In this document: positions 28,958 through 38,630 of the stretch, piece after piece
Position numbering within the stretch: the first letter of the stretch is position 1
Layout of the letters: each line of letters starts with the position of its first letter
Notes under the pieces: model-generated
Told to the model about the DNA's origin: nothing
The model's input: only the letters and a program-made list of their open reading frames with translations
Database searches by the model: none
Source: Euryarchaeota archaeon UBA557
Lineage (GTDB): Archaea > Thermoplasmatota > Poseidoniia > Poseidoniales > Thalassarchaeaceae
NCBI GenBank assembly: GCA_002503285.1
Contig: DARI01000002.1
Span: forward strand, 150,424 to 214,423
Direction: 5' to 3'
Length of the DNA: 64,000 bases
Position numbers and translations under genes: made by a program

Positions 28958-30322
28958 CTATTCCCTGACAAATTTAGGATTTTCTCCCACTAAATCTGAT
29001 GACCATTTTTTGGCAATATATTCCTTTTCACGATTAATTGAAAGTAGATAATGTAATTTTACTAGCGCCGAACCAGGAGGGCAAAGAGAATCATGCCCCA
29101 AAATTCCCATCTCTTGTTGTTTTCTTCCTTTGGAATAAATATTCATATTAATTGGTCCATTAATGGTTTGAGCCACTATTACTATTATGCCACCATCAAG
29201 ACAATAATCTTCAATTACGGACTTTAGTCGAGTATTTTCAATACTATCATTTTCAGGATTTGATATTGGTAGATGGCCCAATCCAGTTCCATGTAACAAT
29301 AAAGCATCAAAATTTAGTTTGATAGCTGCTTCAATTAATTCTGATTGTATGTGGGGGCCTGAAATAAATTCTGCAATTCTGATATTTTCATTAAATATTT
29401 TTGGATTCTGGGATTCAAATCTAGATTCAAGCGGCTCATAATCTCCCATGATAATTGTTATTTCTTTCTTCTGAATTGTAATATTTGCAATAGGTTTTTG
29501 ATTAATAGATTTAAATGCGTCACGCCTAGATGAATGATATTTTCTACTTGCACAACCAGGCAAAACTACACAATTACCATCAGAAGAGCTTGCATGAAGG
29601 ATTATTACTGAAGAGTCACGATATCCCGATGGTTTTGGGCCGTTTGCAGCCCACATCACTGAAGCAATAATATTCTCTGATGCATCTGAAGATCCCCTAT
29701 CAGGAGATCTTTGAGAGCCAGTTAGTACAATTCTCCCTGGAGGTTTACATCCTTCTCCCCCCCATCCGTATGCCATTGCAGCAGCGGATAGATGAAGAGT
29801 ATCTGTACCATGAGTTATTACAACTCCTGATGCCCCTTCTGAAAATGCTTTTTCGGTCGCCTTTAGCATCATATTCCAGTGCCTCGGACGGATATCATCA
29901 GACCACATATTACCCAATTTTAAAACTTTAATCCTGGCTATATTTTCTAATTCGGGCATTGCATTAATTAAATCAATTGGTTCAAAACTTGCAGATACTG
30001 CACCTGTCTTATAATCCACCTTACTTGCAATAGTTCCTCCGGTATGGATTAAATATACTAGGGGGAGAGATTTGTCAGCATCATATTTTAAGTTATTAAT
30101 TGGACTATTTTTTAAAGATTCAGAAATTATTTCAAAATTAGAAATATAGGTCATTGGAAATGATATGTTATAACCATTTAATAGTTTAATAGTTAATAAA
30201 TCTAAATCTGATGATGGCAATAATATTCCTGTATGAGTATCTTCACCTGACCATGTTTTGACAAAAATTTTTATCGAAGTACCTGGTTCCGGTAACTCAT
30301 CCATTGATACTGGGTAAGGCAT
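28958..30322 (-). CDS. gatD: Glu-tRNA(Gln) amidotransferase subunit D (GatD) / L-asparaginase family
   Basis: Asparaginase motifs IHTGGTIAS and VVITHGTDTLHLSAAAM follow a ~95-aa N-terminal extra domain, as in archaeal GatD. Confidence 0.6.
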   Translation of the reverse strand: MPYPVSMDELPEPGTSIKIFVKTWSGEDTHTGILLPSSDLDLLTIKLLNGYNISFPMTYISNFEIISESLKNSPINNLKYDADKSLPLVYLIHTGGTIASKVDYKTGAVSASFEPIDLINAMPELENIARIKVLKLGNMWSDDIRPRHWNMMLKATEKAFSEGASGVVITHGTDTLHLSAAAMAYGWGGEGCKPPGRIVLTGSQRSPDRGSSDASENIIASVMWAANGPKPSGYRDSSVIILHASSSDGNCVVLPGCASRKYHSSRRDAFKSINQKPIANITIQKKEITIIMGDYEPLESRFESQNPKIFNENIRIAEFISGPHIQSELIEAAIKLNFDALLLHGTGLGHLPISNPENDSIENTRLKSVIEDYCLDGGIIVIVAQTINGPINMNIYSKGRKQQEMGILGHDSLCPPGSALVKLHYLLSINREKEYIAKKWSSDLVGENPKFVRE

Positions 30323-30395
30323 CTACTCCATGAACAAAACCCAAGATAATTATTAATACCACATATATTTCTATTTTATATGTGGCATAAAATTA

Positions 30396-30548
30396 TGGTG
30401 CCGGGAGCGGGACTTGAACCCGCGACCTTCGGATGTCTCAGACATTCTCAGGGGCTGTGTTACGCTCATCGTTAGTTTCATTGAAGATAGAATCTCCAAT
30501 AAAAAATACCCTATGAGTCCGACGCGCTACCAACTACGCCACCCCGGC
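30396..30548 (-). tRNA. Intron-containing tRNA with CAU anticodon (elongator tRNA-Met or tRNA-Ile2), 77-nt intron at canonical position 37/38, CCA encoded
   Basis: Exon 1 (30548-30512) reads GCCGGGGTGGCGTAGTTGGTAGCGCGTCGGACTCATA. Exon 2 (30434-30396) reads ATCCGAAGGTCGCGGGTTCAAGTCCCGCTCCCGGCACCA. Spliced together they give a 76-nt cloverleaf. The intron (30435-30511) contains GATGAGCG, complementary to the anticodon loop. Confidence 0.8.
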
Positions 30549-30654
30549 GATATACCTCCGAATCAAAAACACCATTTGAGCATTGCCACAAAATCAAATT
30601 AATAGATTACAATATTCATCATAGGGTTGATGTGGGAGTTAGTCTCGCATTAGT

Positions 30655-31599
30655 TTGGGACGCATGGTAGATATTGACTCAGCCCTTAGGGCCAGCGCTT
30701 ACTCAGGGAAAAAAAATAGAAATACCGGCGATGATAATAAAGATGTACCTAAAAAGGGTTTAGAACCGTTTGACCCAAAAGTACATGCAAAAAAAGAAGT
30801 AGCTGATGCTTATTCTATGTGGCTAGTAATAATATACGGATTCCTAATTGCACTTTTTATGCGTTATATATTTATGCCCACTCAAGAATCAATGGAAGGG
30901 ATTTTATGGCTTTTACCCGTTATGCTAACTGCAACTATACCTTCCATACATAAAATTATAATTCCTAAAAATTACAGTGAGCTTTACACAAGGGGTAATT
31001 GGTTCAGAGGAGGATTTCTATTTCTTTTTTCATGGTTAGCTCTTTCATTTATATTGCTTAATCCACCTATGGCAGATATTGCTGCCCCTACTATTGCATC
31101 AGGAATAGATATTCAAGACAATAATGATACTGCAATCATAGGGCACTCATGGGATGGAGACGTATTTGAAATAAATCTTAAAGAAAATACCGCAGAAATT
31201 ATTTTAGGGATGTCAGTTAGAGACAATGTTGATGCTGAAAATGCCATAATACGAATAGAAATTAATCATAGCACATTATCGGAATCTATAATTCTTGCTA
31301 ATGGATCTGTAATTAATCAGCAACAAGCAATTGAAAGATTTGATAATGTTGACAAATGGTTAAGGGGAGAAGATAAAAATATTGAAAAAGAATTTACTGG
31401 AAAACCGGATGTTGCACCCAATAGTAATGACATAGGATTAGCTTGGAATTTGGCTGAAGAATTAGATATTAATAACATTAATCTTGGAGAATATGAAATT
31501 AAAATACATCTGAGTGAAATAGGTAAAGATGTAAAGCCATTTGATGAGAATATATGGGAAAGAGCATATACATTGAAAATAATTAGGACCGAAAGTTGA
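30655..31599 (+). CDS. Hypothetical membrane protein (N-terminal cytoplasmic segment, 3 TM helices, extracytoplasmic C-terminal domain)
   Basis: 314 aa. Hydrophobic helices occur at about residues 55-75, 85-105 and 120-140. No motif recognised. Confidence 0.4.
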   Translation: MGRMVDIDSALRASAYSGKKNRNTGDDNKDVPKKGLEPFDPKVHAKKEVADAYSMWLVIIYGFLIALFMRYIFMPTQESMEGILWLLPVMLTATIPSIHKIIIPKNYSELYTRGNWFRGGFLFLFSWLALSFILLNPPMADIAAPTIASGIDIQDNNDTAIIGHSWDGDVFEINLKENTAEIILGMSVRDNVDAENAIIRIEINHSTLSESIILANGSVINQQQAIERFDNVDKWLRGEDKNIEKEFTGKPDVAPNSNDIGLAWNLAEELDINNINLGEYEIKIHLSEIGKDVKPFDENIWERAYTLKIIRTES

Positions 31600-31603
31600 A
31601 TAC

Positions 31604-32560
31604 TTAGATATTTAATATTGCACATATCTTTGCAGTCATGGCATCAAGTTGAAGAGATTCGCCGCCGCCTTCAACCATCCTAAAGTCAGTCTCCGCCATA
31701 ATTTCAGTAATACTTAATTTTTGTAATTCGTCAAGAAATTTTACCATACTTAATTCTCTATGTAATTGATTCACAAAATCTGTACCGGCTAATCCAAAAT
31801 TGTTTAAAATTTCTTTCAAACGCCTTCTTGCTGGTTGAAAACCATCTTCTTTACAGGCTAGAAAATAACGATGTAATGACTCAGGAGGTGCTGTGGCCGT
31901 GGTCTCATAAACTAAATCCCTTGTTACGTTTGAATCCAAAGACGCTGCAACTTGCAATGATGTTATTGCCTTCCTAAGGTCTCCAAGACTAACTTGTGCG
32001 ATAGCCTTTGCTGCTTCATGCTCTATCATAATATTTTCATTTTTAGCCACAATTGATATTCTCTCCAATATTTGTTCATTTTCTAATGGCCTAAATCTAA
32101 AAACAGCGCATCTAGACTGAATTGGTTCAATTATCTTAGAAGAATAATTACAGGATAGGATAAATCTGCATGTTTCAGAATTTTGTTCCATTATCCTTCG
32201 TAATGCACCTTGTGCATCGGGAGTTAGTGCATCTGCTTCATCTAGAAAAATTACCTTAAATGACGTTCCCGGACTTGGTGCAGTTCTAGCAAATTGTTTC
32301 ACCTTTGTACGTATTGACTCTAGCTTACGCTCATCACTTGCATTCATTTCTAAAATATTTCTTCTAAATTCTTTTCCAAATACATCTCTAGTTAGAGCCA
32401 ATGCGGCCGTAGTCTTACCAGTTCCAGGTGGTCCGGCGAAAAGTAAATGAGGGAATGATTTATTATTTGCGTATGCACTAAGTCTTGCTACAACTGCTTG
32501 CTGACCTTTTATTTCAGATACTGTTTTTGGACGATATCTTTCAACCCATAATTCACTCAT
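31604..32560 (-). CDS. rfcS: Replication factor C small subunit
   Basis: LWVERYRPKTVSEIKGQQ and the Walker A LLFAGPPGTGKTT are present. At 318 aa there is no intein. Confidence 0.9.
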   Translation of the reverse strand: MSELWVERYRPKTVSEIKGQQAVVARLSAYANNKSFPHLLFAGPPGTGKTTAALALTRDVFGKEFRRNILEMNASDERKLESIRTKVKQFARTAPSPGTSFKVIFLDEADALTPDAQGALRRIMEQNSETCRFILSCNYSSKIIEPIQSRCAVFRFRPLENEQILERISIVAKNENIMIEHEAAKAIAQVSLGDLRKAITSLQVAASLDSNVTRDLVYETTATAPPESLHRYFLACKEDGFQPARRRLKEILNNFGLAGTDFVNQLHRELSMVKFLDELQKLSITEIMAETDFRMVEGGGESLQLDAMTAKICAILNI

Positions 32561-32586
32561 ATCTAATCTACTCCTGGAAATTTATC

Positions 32587-33462
32587 TCAATATTTTTCAT
32601 CTTCATTTGGAAATTCAGAACTCCTAACATCTACAATATATTGCTTGACTGCTAGATCGATGATCTCGCCTAAATTTGCATATCTTCTTAAAAATCTTGG
32701 ACTAAAATCTTTTGTCATCCCAAGCATATCATGTAATACTAATACTTGCCCATCACAGTCCGGTCCTGCACCTATTCCAATAGTTGGAATAGATAATGAC
32801 TTGGTCACCTTCTTGGCTAATTCTGCAGGTATCTTTTCGAAAACTATTGAAAAGCACCCTGCATTTTCTAATGCTATAGCATCATCTAATAGTTTCGTTG
32901 CTTCCAAATCTTCTTTTGCCCTTACAGTATAAGTACCAAATTTATAAATAGACTGAGGAGTTAATCCAAGGTGCCCCATAACTGGTATTCCGGCAGTCAT
33001 TATTCTCTTTATTGAGTCGATTACTTCGATTCCACCTTCTAATTTAACGGCATGCCCCCCAGTTTCTTTCATTATTCTTATTGCAGAGTCTAGAGCAGTT
33101 TTTGAGTCTCCCTGATATGAACCAAACGGCATATCGACAACAACTAATGCTCTATCTACAGCCTTTTCAACACATTGGGCATGATATATCATGTGATCTA
33201 ATGTTATTGGAACAGTCGTATCATTTCCCGCCATTACATTAGAGGCAGAATCCCCAACAAGAATTACATCTATTCCAGCGCCGTCGACCAACTTTGCCAA
33301 GGAATAATCATAAGAGGTGAGCATAGTGATTTTCTCACCCTCATGCTTCATCTCTTGCAGGGTGTGTGTTGTTACTTTCTTAGCGCGGCTCGCGATTGTC
33401 ATATGCTTACTCCGATTCGGGGGGAGAGGATTGATGACTTCAACTAAGCGATATGGCGACAT
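32587..33462 (-). CDS. panB: 3-methyl-2-oxobutanoate hydroxymethyltransferase (ketopantoate hydroxymethyltransferase)
   Basis: [50 protein letters not shown] is collinear with E. coli PanB. The likely start is the ATG at 33402 (MTIASRAKK...). Confidence 0.85.
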   Translation of the reverse strand: MSPYRLVEVINPLPPNRSKHMTIASRAKKVTTHTLQEMKHEGEKITMLTSYDYSLAKLVDGAGIDVILVGDSASNVMAGNDTTVPITLDHMIYHAQCVEKAVDRALVVVDMPFGSYQGDSKTALDSAIRIMKETGGHAVKLEGGIEVIDSIKRIMTAGIPVMGHLGLTPQSIYKFGTYTVRAKEDLEATKLLDDAIALENAGCFSIVFEKIPAELAKKVTKSLSIPTIGIGAGPDCDGQVLVLHDMLGMTKDFSPRFLRRYANLGEIIDLAVKQYIVDVRSSEFPNEDEKY

Positions 33463-33465
33463 ATC

Positions 33466-35124
33466 CTAAAATACAGTTTCTTCGACATAAATTAAAAATT
33501 CATCAATTTCTAAAATTCCATCTTCATTCTCATCAGCTGCATGAAAATATTCTCTCAATGCATCGTGGCCATCTCCTGAAAAACCAAGAGATTCCATCGC
33601 TGATATAAATTCATGTAGATTTAAATGATTATTACGCTCTGTATCCGCTGCATGAAATGCAGCCCATCTTCGTCGATGTTCAACTTCATCAGGATTTGTT
33701 AACTGAAGACGAAATGTACTCCATGGAGTAATTGAACTGTGGGCATACTTTTTCCCATATGATTGGTATATTATAACTCCGATTATAGATGCTGCTAGGC
33801 CACCAACGACTGCCTTCATCCCCATAGCATAAATCAATACTAGACCTCCTAAAATCCCAAAAATCTGTAAGAAAGGGAATAATGGGGATTTCCATTCTGG
33901 CTCATACCAATGAGATTTTGCAGAAGTTCTCAAAACTAGAACACACGCATTAATTGCAATGAAAACCATTATGTTAAATCCAGATGCGAGTTCTGCTACA
34001 TCATGAACAGGCAAGTACATAATTGCAGCAGCCATTGAAATTCCTGTTCCGACTATAGCCCAATGTGGTGTATCAAATCTAGAATGAACATTTTCAAATA
34101 AAGTAGGTAATAGATTATCTCTAGCCATAGCAAAAAGGAACCTAGATGCAGCCATTATTCCGGCAAGAGCGCCGGAAAGAACAGTGATAGCTGCGAAAGT
34201 AGCTGCTATTGTTGCAATTGTCTTACCGCCTACACCCAACGCAAAAACATATATCGGATCTTCCCTAGCATGCCCGCTTTCTACATAACTCATAGGATCA
34301 ACTGTAATAGCCATAGTCAGAGTGACGAAAACATACAGAAAAATACTGAAAAACAAGGAAATTAGGATTCCTTTTGGCATATTTTGACTTGGATTCTTGA
34401 TTTCACCGCCAACTGCTGCAAGCTTTGTGACACCTATGTATGATACAAAAACCAGAGCGGCAGTTGATGAGAAACTATTCCAATCGGCTCCAAATGCATC
34501 TCTTGACAATGCTGCATCCCAATTCAATTCCGTAGTTGCCAAGGCCCAAAAACAAAGAAATATTAGGTATGTTACTGAAACTAAAACTACTGGTGTTTGG
34601 ACTTTCTTAATACTTTTAGCACCTAAAATATTGACTCCTACTATAAGGGCCAACATAATCATGACCGCATAATCAAGATTTATTGAGATCTCAAGAATAC
34701 CTTCCAAAACCCATAAATAAGCTCTGAAACCAATAAGTGCAAAGGCTGATTTAAGCATAAAATTTGCCCATAATCCTAAACCAGATATTGTTCCTATTAT
34801 TGGACCAAAGGTTTTCTCGATATACACATAAGCTCCACCTGAGGATGGCATTGCTGAAGCTAATTCTGATTTTGATATCGCACCCGGAAGAATAACTAAA
34901 CCCGCAAATAAATATGCCAACCATATACCCCCTAAAGGTGAATCTCCACCTCCAAGTTCCATCATAGCTAAAGAAGGAAGTACGAATAAACCGCTACCTA
35001 ACATTGCAGATAATGAAAGGATAACTACTGAAAATAACCCTAACTTTCTCTCTAAAGTCTCTGAAACCATTTCAAGAGGTTGGAGAACGATTCCCATAAC
35101 CTCTTTTGGAGATAGCCTATCCAT
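33466..35124 (-). CDS. APC-family amino acid permease fused to a C-terminal EF-hand pair
   Basis: About 12 TM helices fill residues 1-470. The C-terminal ~80 aa contain FHAADTERNNHLNLHEF and FHAADENEDGILEIDEF. The second is a canonical 12-residue EF-hand loop (D-x-N-x-D-G-x-L-E-x-x-E). Confidence 0.7.
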   Translation of the reverse strand: MDRLSPKEVMGIVLQPLEMVSETLERKLGLFSVVILSLSAMLGSGLFVLPSLAMMELGGGDSPLGGIWLAYLFAGLVILPGAISKSELASAMPSSGGAYVYIEKTFGPIIGTISGLGLWANFMLKSAFALIGFRAYLWVLEGILEISINLDYAVMIMLALIVGVNILGAKSIKKVQTPVVLVSVTYLIFLCFWALATTELNWDAALSRDAFGADWNSFSSTAALVFVSYIGVTKLAAVGGEIKNPSQNMPKGILISLFFSIFLYVFVTLTMAITVDPMSYVESGHAREDPIYVFALGVGGKTIATIAATFAAITVLSGALAGIMAASRFLFAMARDNLLPTLFENVHSRFDTPHWAIVGTGISMAAAIMYLPVHDVAELASGFNIMVFIAINACVLVLRTSAKSHWYEPEWKSPLFPFLQIFGILGGLVLIYAMGMKAVVGGLAASIIGVIIYQSYGKKYAHSSITPWSTFRLQLTNPDEVEHRRRWAAFHAADTERNNHLNLHEFISAMESLGFSGDGHDALREYFHAADENEDGILEIDEFLIYVEETVF

Positions 35125-36229
35125 GACATTTGCGGCTCAAACATTACTGTTCAAGGTTTGGCCTTCCCAATTCTTAATGTTCAACTGCCGTTCAGGTCAA
35201 AATAAGATGAAGTTGATTACCTGTATTATGACTCTGATTATGATGACTGGTTCAATGAGTGGTTGCCTTTCTATGGGTGAAGATTTGAAAGAAAGAAATG
35301 AAGATGATTTGGTACCTCTAAGAATAAATCACATCCAAGTAAAAGGAACTCATAATTCATACCATTTAGAACCTTTAGGGCCTACAATAAGGGCATATGA
35401 GTATTCGCATCAGCCATTGAATTTACAGGCGGAAGAACAAGGTGTAAGGCAATTTGAAATAGATGTTTGGTGGGATGCACGAGGGCAGCTGTATGTCTAT
35501 CATAATCAGTATGATTTACGAACAACTTGTGTAACATTAGAAGACTGTCTGAAAATACTTCTGAATTGGTCGAATGAAAACTCAGAACATGTTCCATTTA
35601 TGATTTGGATAGAGCCAAAGGAATGGGTCGAACAAAGTACAGATAATACAGTCATAATGGAACTGCAGAATCTATTAGACAGTATTGAACAAGAAATAAT
35701 AGAATTTTGGCCAAGGAACAAAACAATCACTCCTGATGATGTCAGGAAGGATTCTGAAACACTCTCTCAGGCAATAATAGAAAATGGCTGGCCATTATTA
35801 GATGATTCAAGAGGTAAGGCGATGTTTATTCTTTTATCAAGTGGAGAATTAAGAGAGAGTTATCATGAAAAATTCTCAGGACTAAATGAGGCAAGAATGT
35901 TCACAATGTCAGAAGTAGGTAGTTCGGAAGCAGCAATATTTTCAAATACAGATCCTGTAGGCAATAGTGATGAAATTATAGCATTGGTTAAAGAGGGTTT
36001 TATCGTCAGATCAAGAGCAGATAATGCAGAAAATGGAGAAGCAGATAATAATGATAGTAGTCGTCTAAACGCAGCAATCGCAGTCGGTGCACATTCTATT
36101 TCTACAGATTATCCAGCTAAGGTTCAAGGTATTGATTATTGGGTAGAAATACCTAATGGAAATCCAGTAGCTTGCAACCCTATATCAGCACCAATTGGAT
36201 GTACATCTGAAAGAATAGAATCATTATGA
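35123..36229 (+). CDS. PI-PLC X-domain-like phosphodiesterase, probable lipoprotein
   Basis: IQVKGTHNSYH is the hallmark of PLC-like phosphodiesterase TIM barrels. The likely start is the ATG at 35207, giving MKLITCIMTLIMMTGSMSGC, a signal peptide with a lipobox-like SGC. The track start at 35123 overlaps the divergent permease start. Confidence 0.6.
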   Translation: MTFAAQTLLFKVWPSQFLMFNCRSGQNKMKLITCIMTLIMMTGSMSGCLSMGEDLKERNEDDLVPLRINHIQVKGTHNSYHLEPLGPTIRAYEYSHQPLNLQAEEQGVRQFEIDVWWDARGQLYVYHNQYDLRTTCVTLEDCLKILLNWSNENSEHVPFMIWIEPKEWVEQSTDNTVIMELQNLLDSIEQEIIEFWPRNKTITPDDVRKDSETLSQAIIENGWPLLDDSRGKAMFILLSSGELRESYHEKFSGLNEARMFTMSEVGSSEAAIFSNTDPVGNSDEIIALVKEGFIVRSRADNAENGEADNNDSSRLNAAIAVGAHSISTDYPAKVQGIDYWVEIPNGNPVACNPISAPIGCTSERIESL

Positions 36230-36237
36230 AGGGGGAA

Positions 36238-36708
36238 TTAAATTTTAGCTATTACTTTCAACTCGACAGCAATTGGGGTTGGCAGTGCTAAAACTGAACA
36301 AGTCGTACGTGAAGGCATTATTTTCGAAAAATATTCAGAATATATTTCATTGTATCCTTCAAAATCGCGTTCCATATCAATTAGCATTGAGTAAACATCA
36401 ACAACTTTTGACAAATTTGAACCATATTCTTCCAAAATAATACTAATATTTTCGATAACTGACCTTGTTTGTTCACGTATATCATATTCTAAAGAATTAC
36501 CATCTTTATCTCTAATCGCACCTCCTATTATCTCATTAGTGAGAGGAGATCTTGGACCTATTCCGCTAACAAAAATTAGGTCTCCAGACTTGTAGAGGTG
36601 TGGATATGCTCCTACAGCAGATGGCCCTTTAGTGGCAATAAATGGGCCATCATCATGAAATAATTCTCCAATTATGCCTTTATCATCTGTTTGATTATTG
36701 TCGTTCAT
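36238..36708 (-). CDS. RidA / YjgF / TdcF family protein (possible enamine/imine deaminase)
   Basis: 156 aa. LIFVSGIGP and the C-terminal SVLALPTPIAVELKVIA fit the YjgF fold. It has an ATGA overlap with the upstream gene. Confidence 0.65.
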   Translation of the reverse strand: MNDNNQTDDKGIIGELFHDDGPFIATKGPSAVGAYPHLYKSGDLIFVSGIGPRSPLTNEIIGGAIRDKDGNSLEYDIREQTRSVIENISIILEEYGSNLSKVVDVYSMLIDMERDFEGYNEIYSEYFSKIMPSRTTCSVLALPTPIAVELKVIAKI

Positions 36709-37631
36709 AATGCGCCCTGCCCTAAGACGTTACGATCTCCTTGATAATATTCAACATCATCTTCATCAAATTCTTTATCCCCTACAGAACCATCTGACGG
36801 CGTTAGTTGAATAATTGCTCCTCCGGAGCCGTGTAAGGCTTCGTAGGCGAGAATTTCTCCATCATAATTATTATGTTGGCCCATTGTTGCTGCCATCCAC
36901 CATACTGGCTTATAGGCGGCTACTTTTTGTATTCTTATTTGGCCATGAATGTCCCTAGACAATTGACTAAGATCTTCTAGTCTACCGTCCTTGAAGAATT
37001 CCAGTATTTTCCTGTTCCACTCATCATCTTTAGGACTATGAATTCTATCTTCTGATGGATTGATATGTTCAGTAAACATTCTGTTTGAAAGGCTAGCAAC
37101 CACTACTACTACTGCCTTTTTTCCCTGAGTTGAAAGGGCATCATTCGCAGCCTTTCCTAGAACTATAGTCTCTGATCTATTAGAATACATATTACTTGAA
37201 ATTATACATGCTGGAATTTTATTATCTGGATTTAAAAGAGATAATGCGACTATTGAACCAGTATCTATAGGAAATCCATCATAAGCCACTGTTCTTGAAT
37301 GCAGGCCACGTTTCTTTGCGGCTTCCATGTATTCATTAGAGAAATCTGAATCGATTTTAAATTTGTAGGGCATACTACCTAAAAAATGAAAATCATCATC
37401 AACATGGGTCCATTCCGGCTCCGGATGTGCCTGAATTTGATGACCGACTATACTTGGCCATGTAGTAGAATAAACTAATATTATATCTGCACCACTTTCT
37501 TCAATCCGAGTTTTAAGAGTATCATATGCTGAACGTAAATTACCATATCCTTGATTTAATTCAGGAGCAAGTAGTGGTTGGGGGTGTGGCGGGCAGTAAA
37601 TTCCAAATAATATGTTTGATTTAGTCGACAT
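36705..37631 (-). CDS. LigB-family (class III extradiol dioxygenase) protein, probably a non-catalytic alpha-like subunit
   Basis: 308 aa with the LigB-fold N-terminus FGIYCPPHPQPL. At the position of the second His ligand it reads YSTTWPS, and the SSHSxSH block is replaced by ASLSNRMF. Confidence 0.5.
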   Translation of the reverse strand: MSTKSNILFGIYCPPHPQPLLAPELNQGYGNLRSAYDTLKTRIEESGADIILVYSTTWPSIVGHQIQAHPEPEWTHVDDDFHFLGSMPYKFKIDSDFSNEYMEAAKKRGLHSRTVAYDGFPIDTGSIVALSLLNPDNKIPACIISSNMYSNRSETIVLGKAANDALSTQGKKAVVVVVASLSNRMFTEHINPSEDRIHSPKDDEWNRKILEFFKDGRLEDLSQLSRDIHGQIRIQKVAAYKPVWWMAATMGQHNNYDGEILAYEALHGSGGAIIQLTPSDGSVGDKEFDEDDVEYYQGDRNVLGQGAL

Positions 37632-37640
37632 TTTAAAACC

Positions 37641-38546
37641 TCAAAGAACTATTTCCCTGGTTTCTGAATTAGGATCCCATGCAACAATTGCATTTCCAGT
37701 CCCAATGACTGATTGGTACCCATAAATTTCGGCAGGATATTGTGGGAAATTCATAGCAGCCATCATCCAAGTAAGGCCACCCGCTTCTGTTTCTGCAATA
37801 GTCTGTTCAGTATATTCTGGCATGATATCAACAACTTCACGCATTTTTCCATCCCTCATCATGCCGACCATCTTCATATCCCAAACATATTGACTATGAT
37901 TATAGATATGCTCCCTACTCATATCTTCAGGTAGCGGTGATTCGGTCACAAAATGCCTGTGAGATAGGCTATGACTACTTACTAATACTACTTTTTTACC
38001 GCTCTCTTCGATTGCCTTTAGGCATGCTTCACCAAGCGCCGTTGCTTGTTCATTCATTACTTCTCCTGAATAGTAATGAGCATTTCTATTACTACTTATT
38101 GTAACTATTGGCTTATCCCAATCTGGATTTAGCATATGACAACTAGTAATGGTACCATAATCTATCCTAAAATCCGGGTTACGCATCATTTTTGTAATTA
38201 TTCCTGAATCAGAGGCTGATTTTTCCATAGCCTCTGCTAATTCGACATCGACAGTTAAATCATATTTATATCTAAAAATATTAGGAAAAATTGGATCAAC
38301 AGATAATGAGTTGAATTTAGGTAATCCTAAAAAATGAGTCCCAATATAAGTGGCCCAATGAGGGGTGAAAATAACCATTACATCATAATCAATATTTTTT
38401 AATTTTCTTGCTAGCTTGTTGTAGCCCCATCTCAGAGTCTCCCAACCTCCCTCTGAAAATGGTTCATTTTGTTCTGGATTTTCTGCATATACCAGATGAG
38501 GAGGGTGCGGTGCTAAACATCCAAGAACTATTCGGCCTTTCTCCAT
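37641..38546 (-). CDS. LigB-family extradiol ring-cleavage dioxygenase catalytic subunit
   Basis: LGCLAPHPPHLVY, IFTPHWATY and VLVSSHSLSHRHF retain the His ligands typical of class III extradiol dioxygenases. Confidence 0.65.
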   Translation of the reverse strand: MEKGRIVLGCLAPHPPHLVYAENPEQNEPFSEGGWETLRWGYNKLARKLKNIDYDVMVIFTPHWATYIGTHFLGLPKFNSLSVDPIFPNIFRYKYDLTVDVELAEAMEKSASDSGIITKMMRNPDFRIDYGTITSCHMLNPDWDKPIVTISSNRNAHYYSGEVMNEQATALGEACLKAIEESGKKVVLVSSHSLSHRHFVTESPLPEDMSREHIYNHSQYVWDMKMVGMMRDGKMREVVDIMPEYTEQTIAETEAGGLTWMMAAMNFPQYPAEIYGYQSVIGTGNAIVAWDPNSETREIVL

Positions 38547-38630
38547 ACGCGGATGTTACAACCTACGTATATGAATTAATCGGCAGATGAGTTTCATAGT
38601 ATTCATTGACTAGAAGCCTTTCCTAAGAAC

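Noticed and set aside
30414-30602. 62-aa plus-strand ORF
   Set aside because: It lies entirely inside and antisense to the intron-containing tRNA-CAU gene, so it is a chance ORF.
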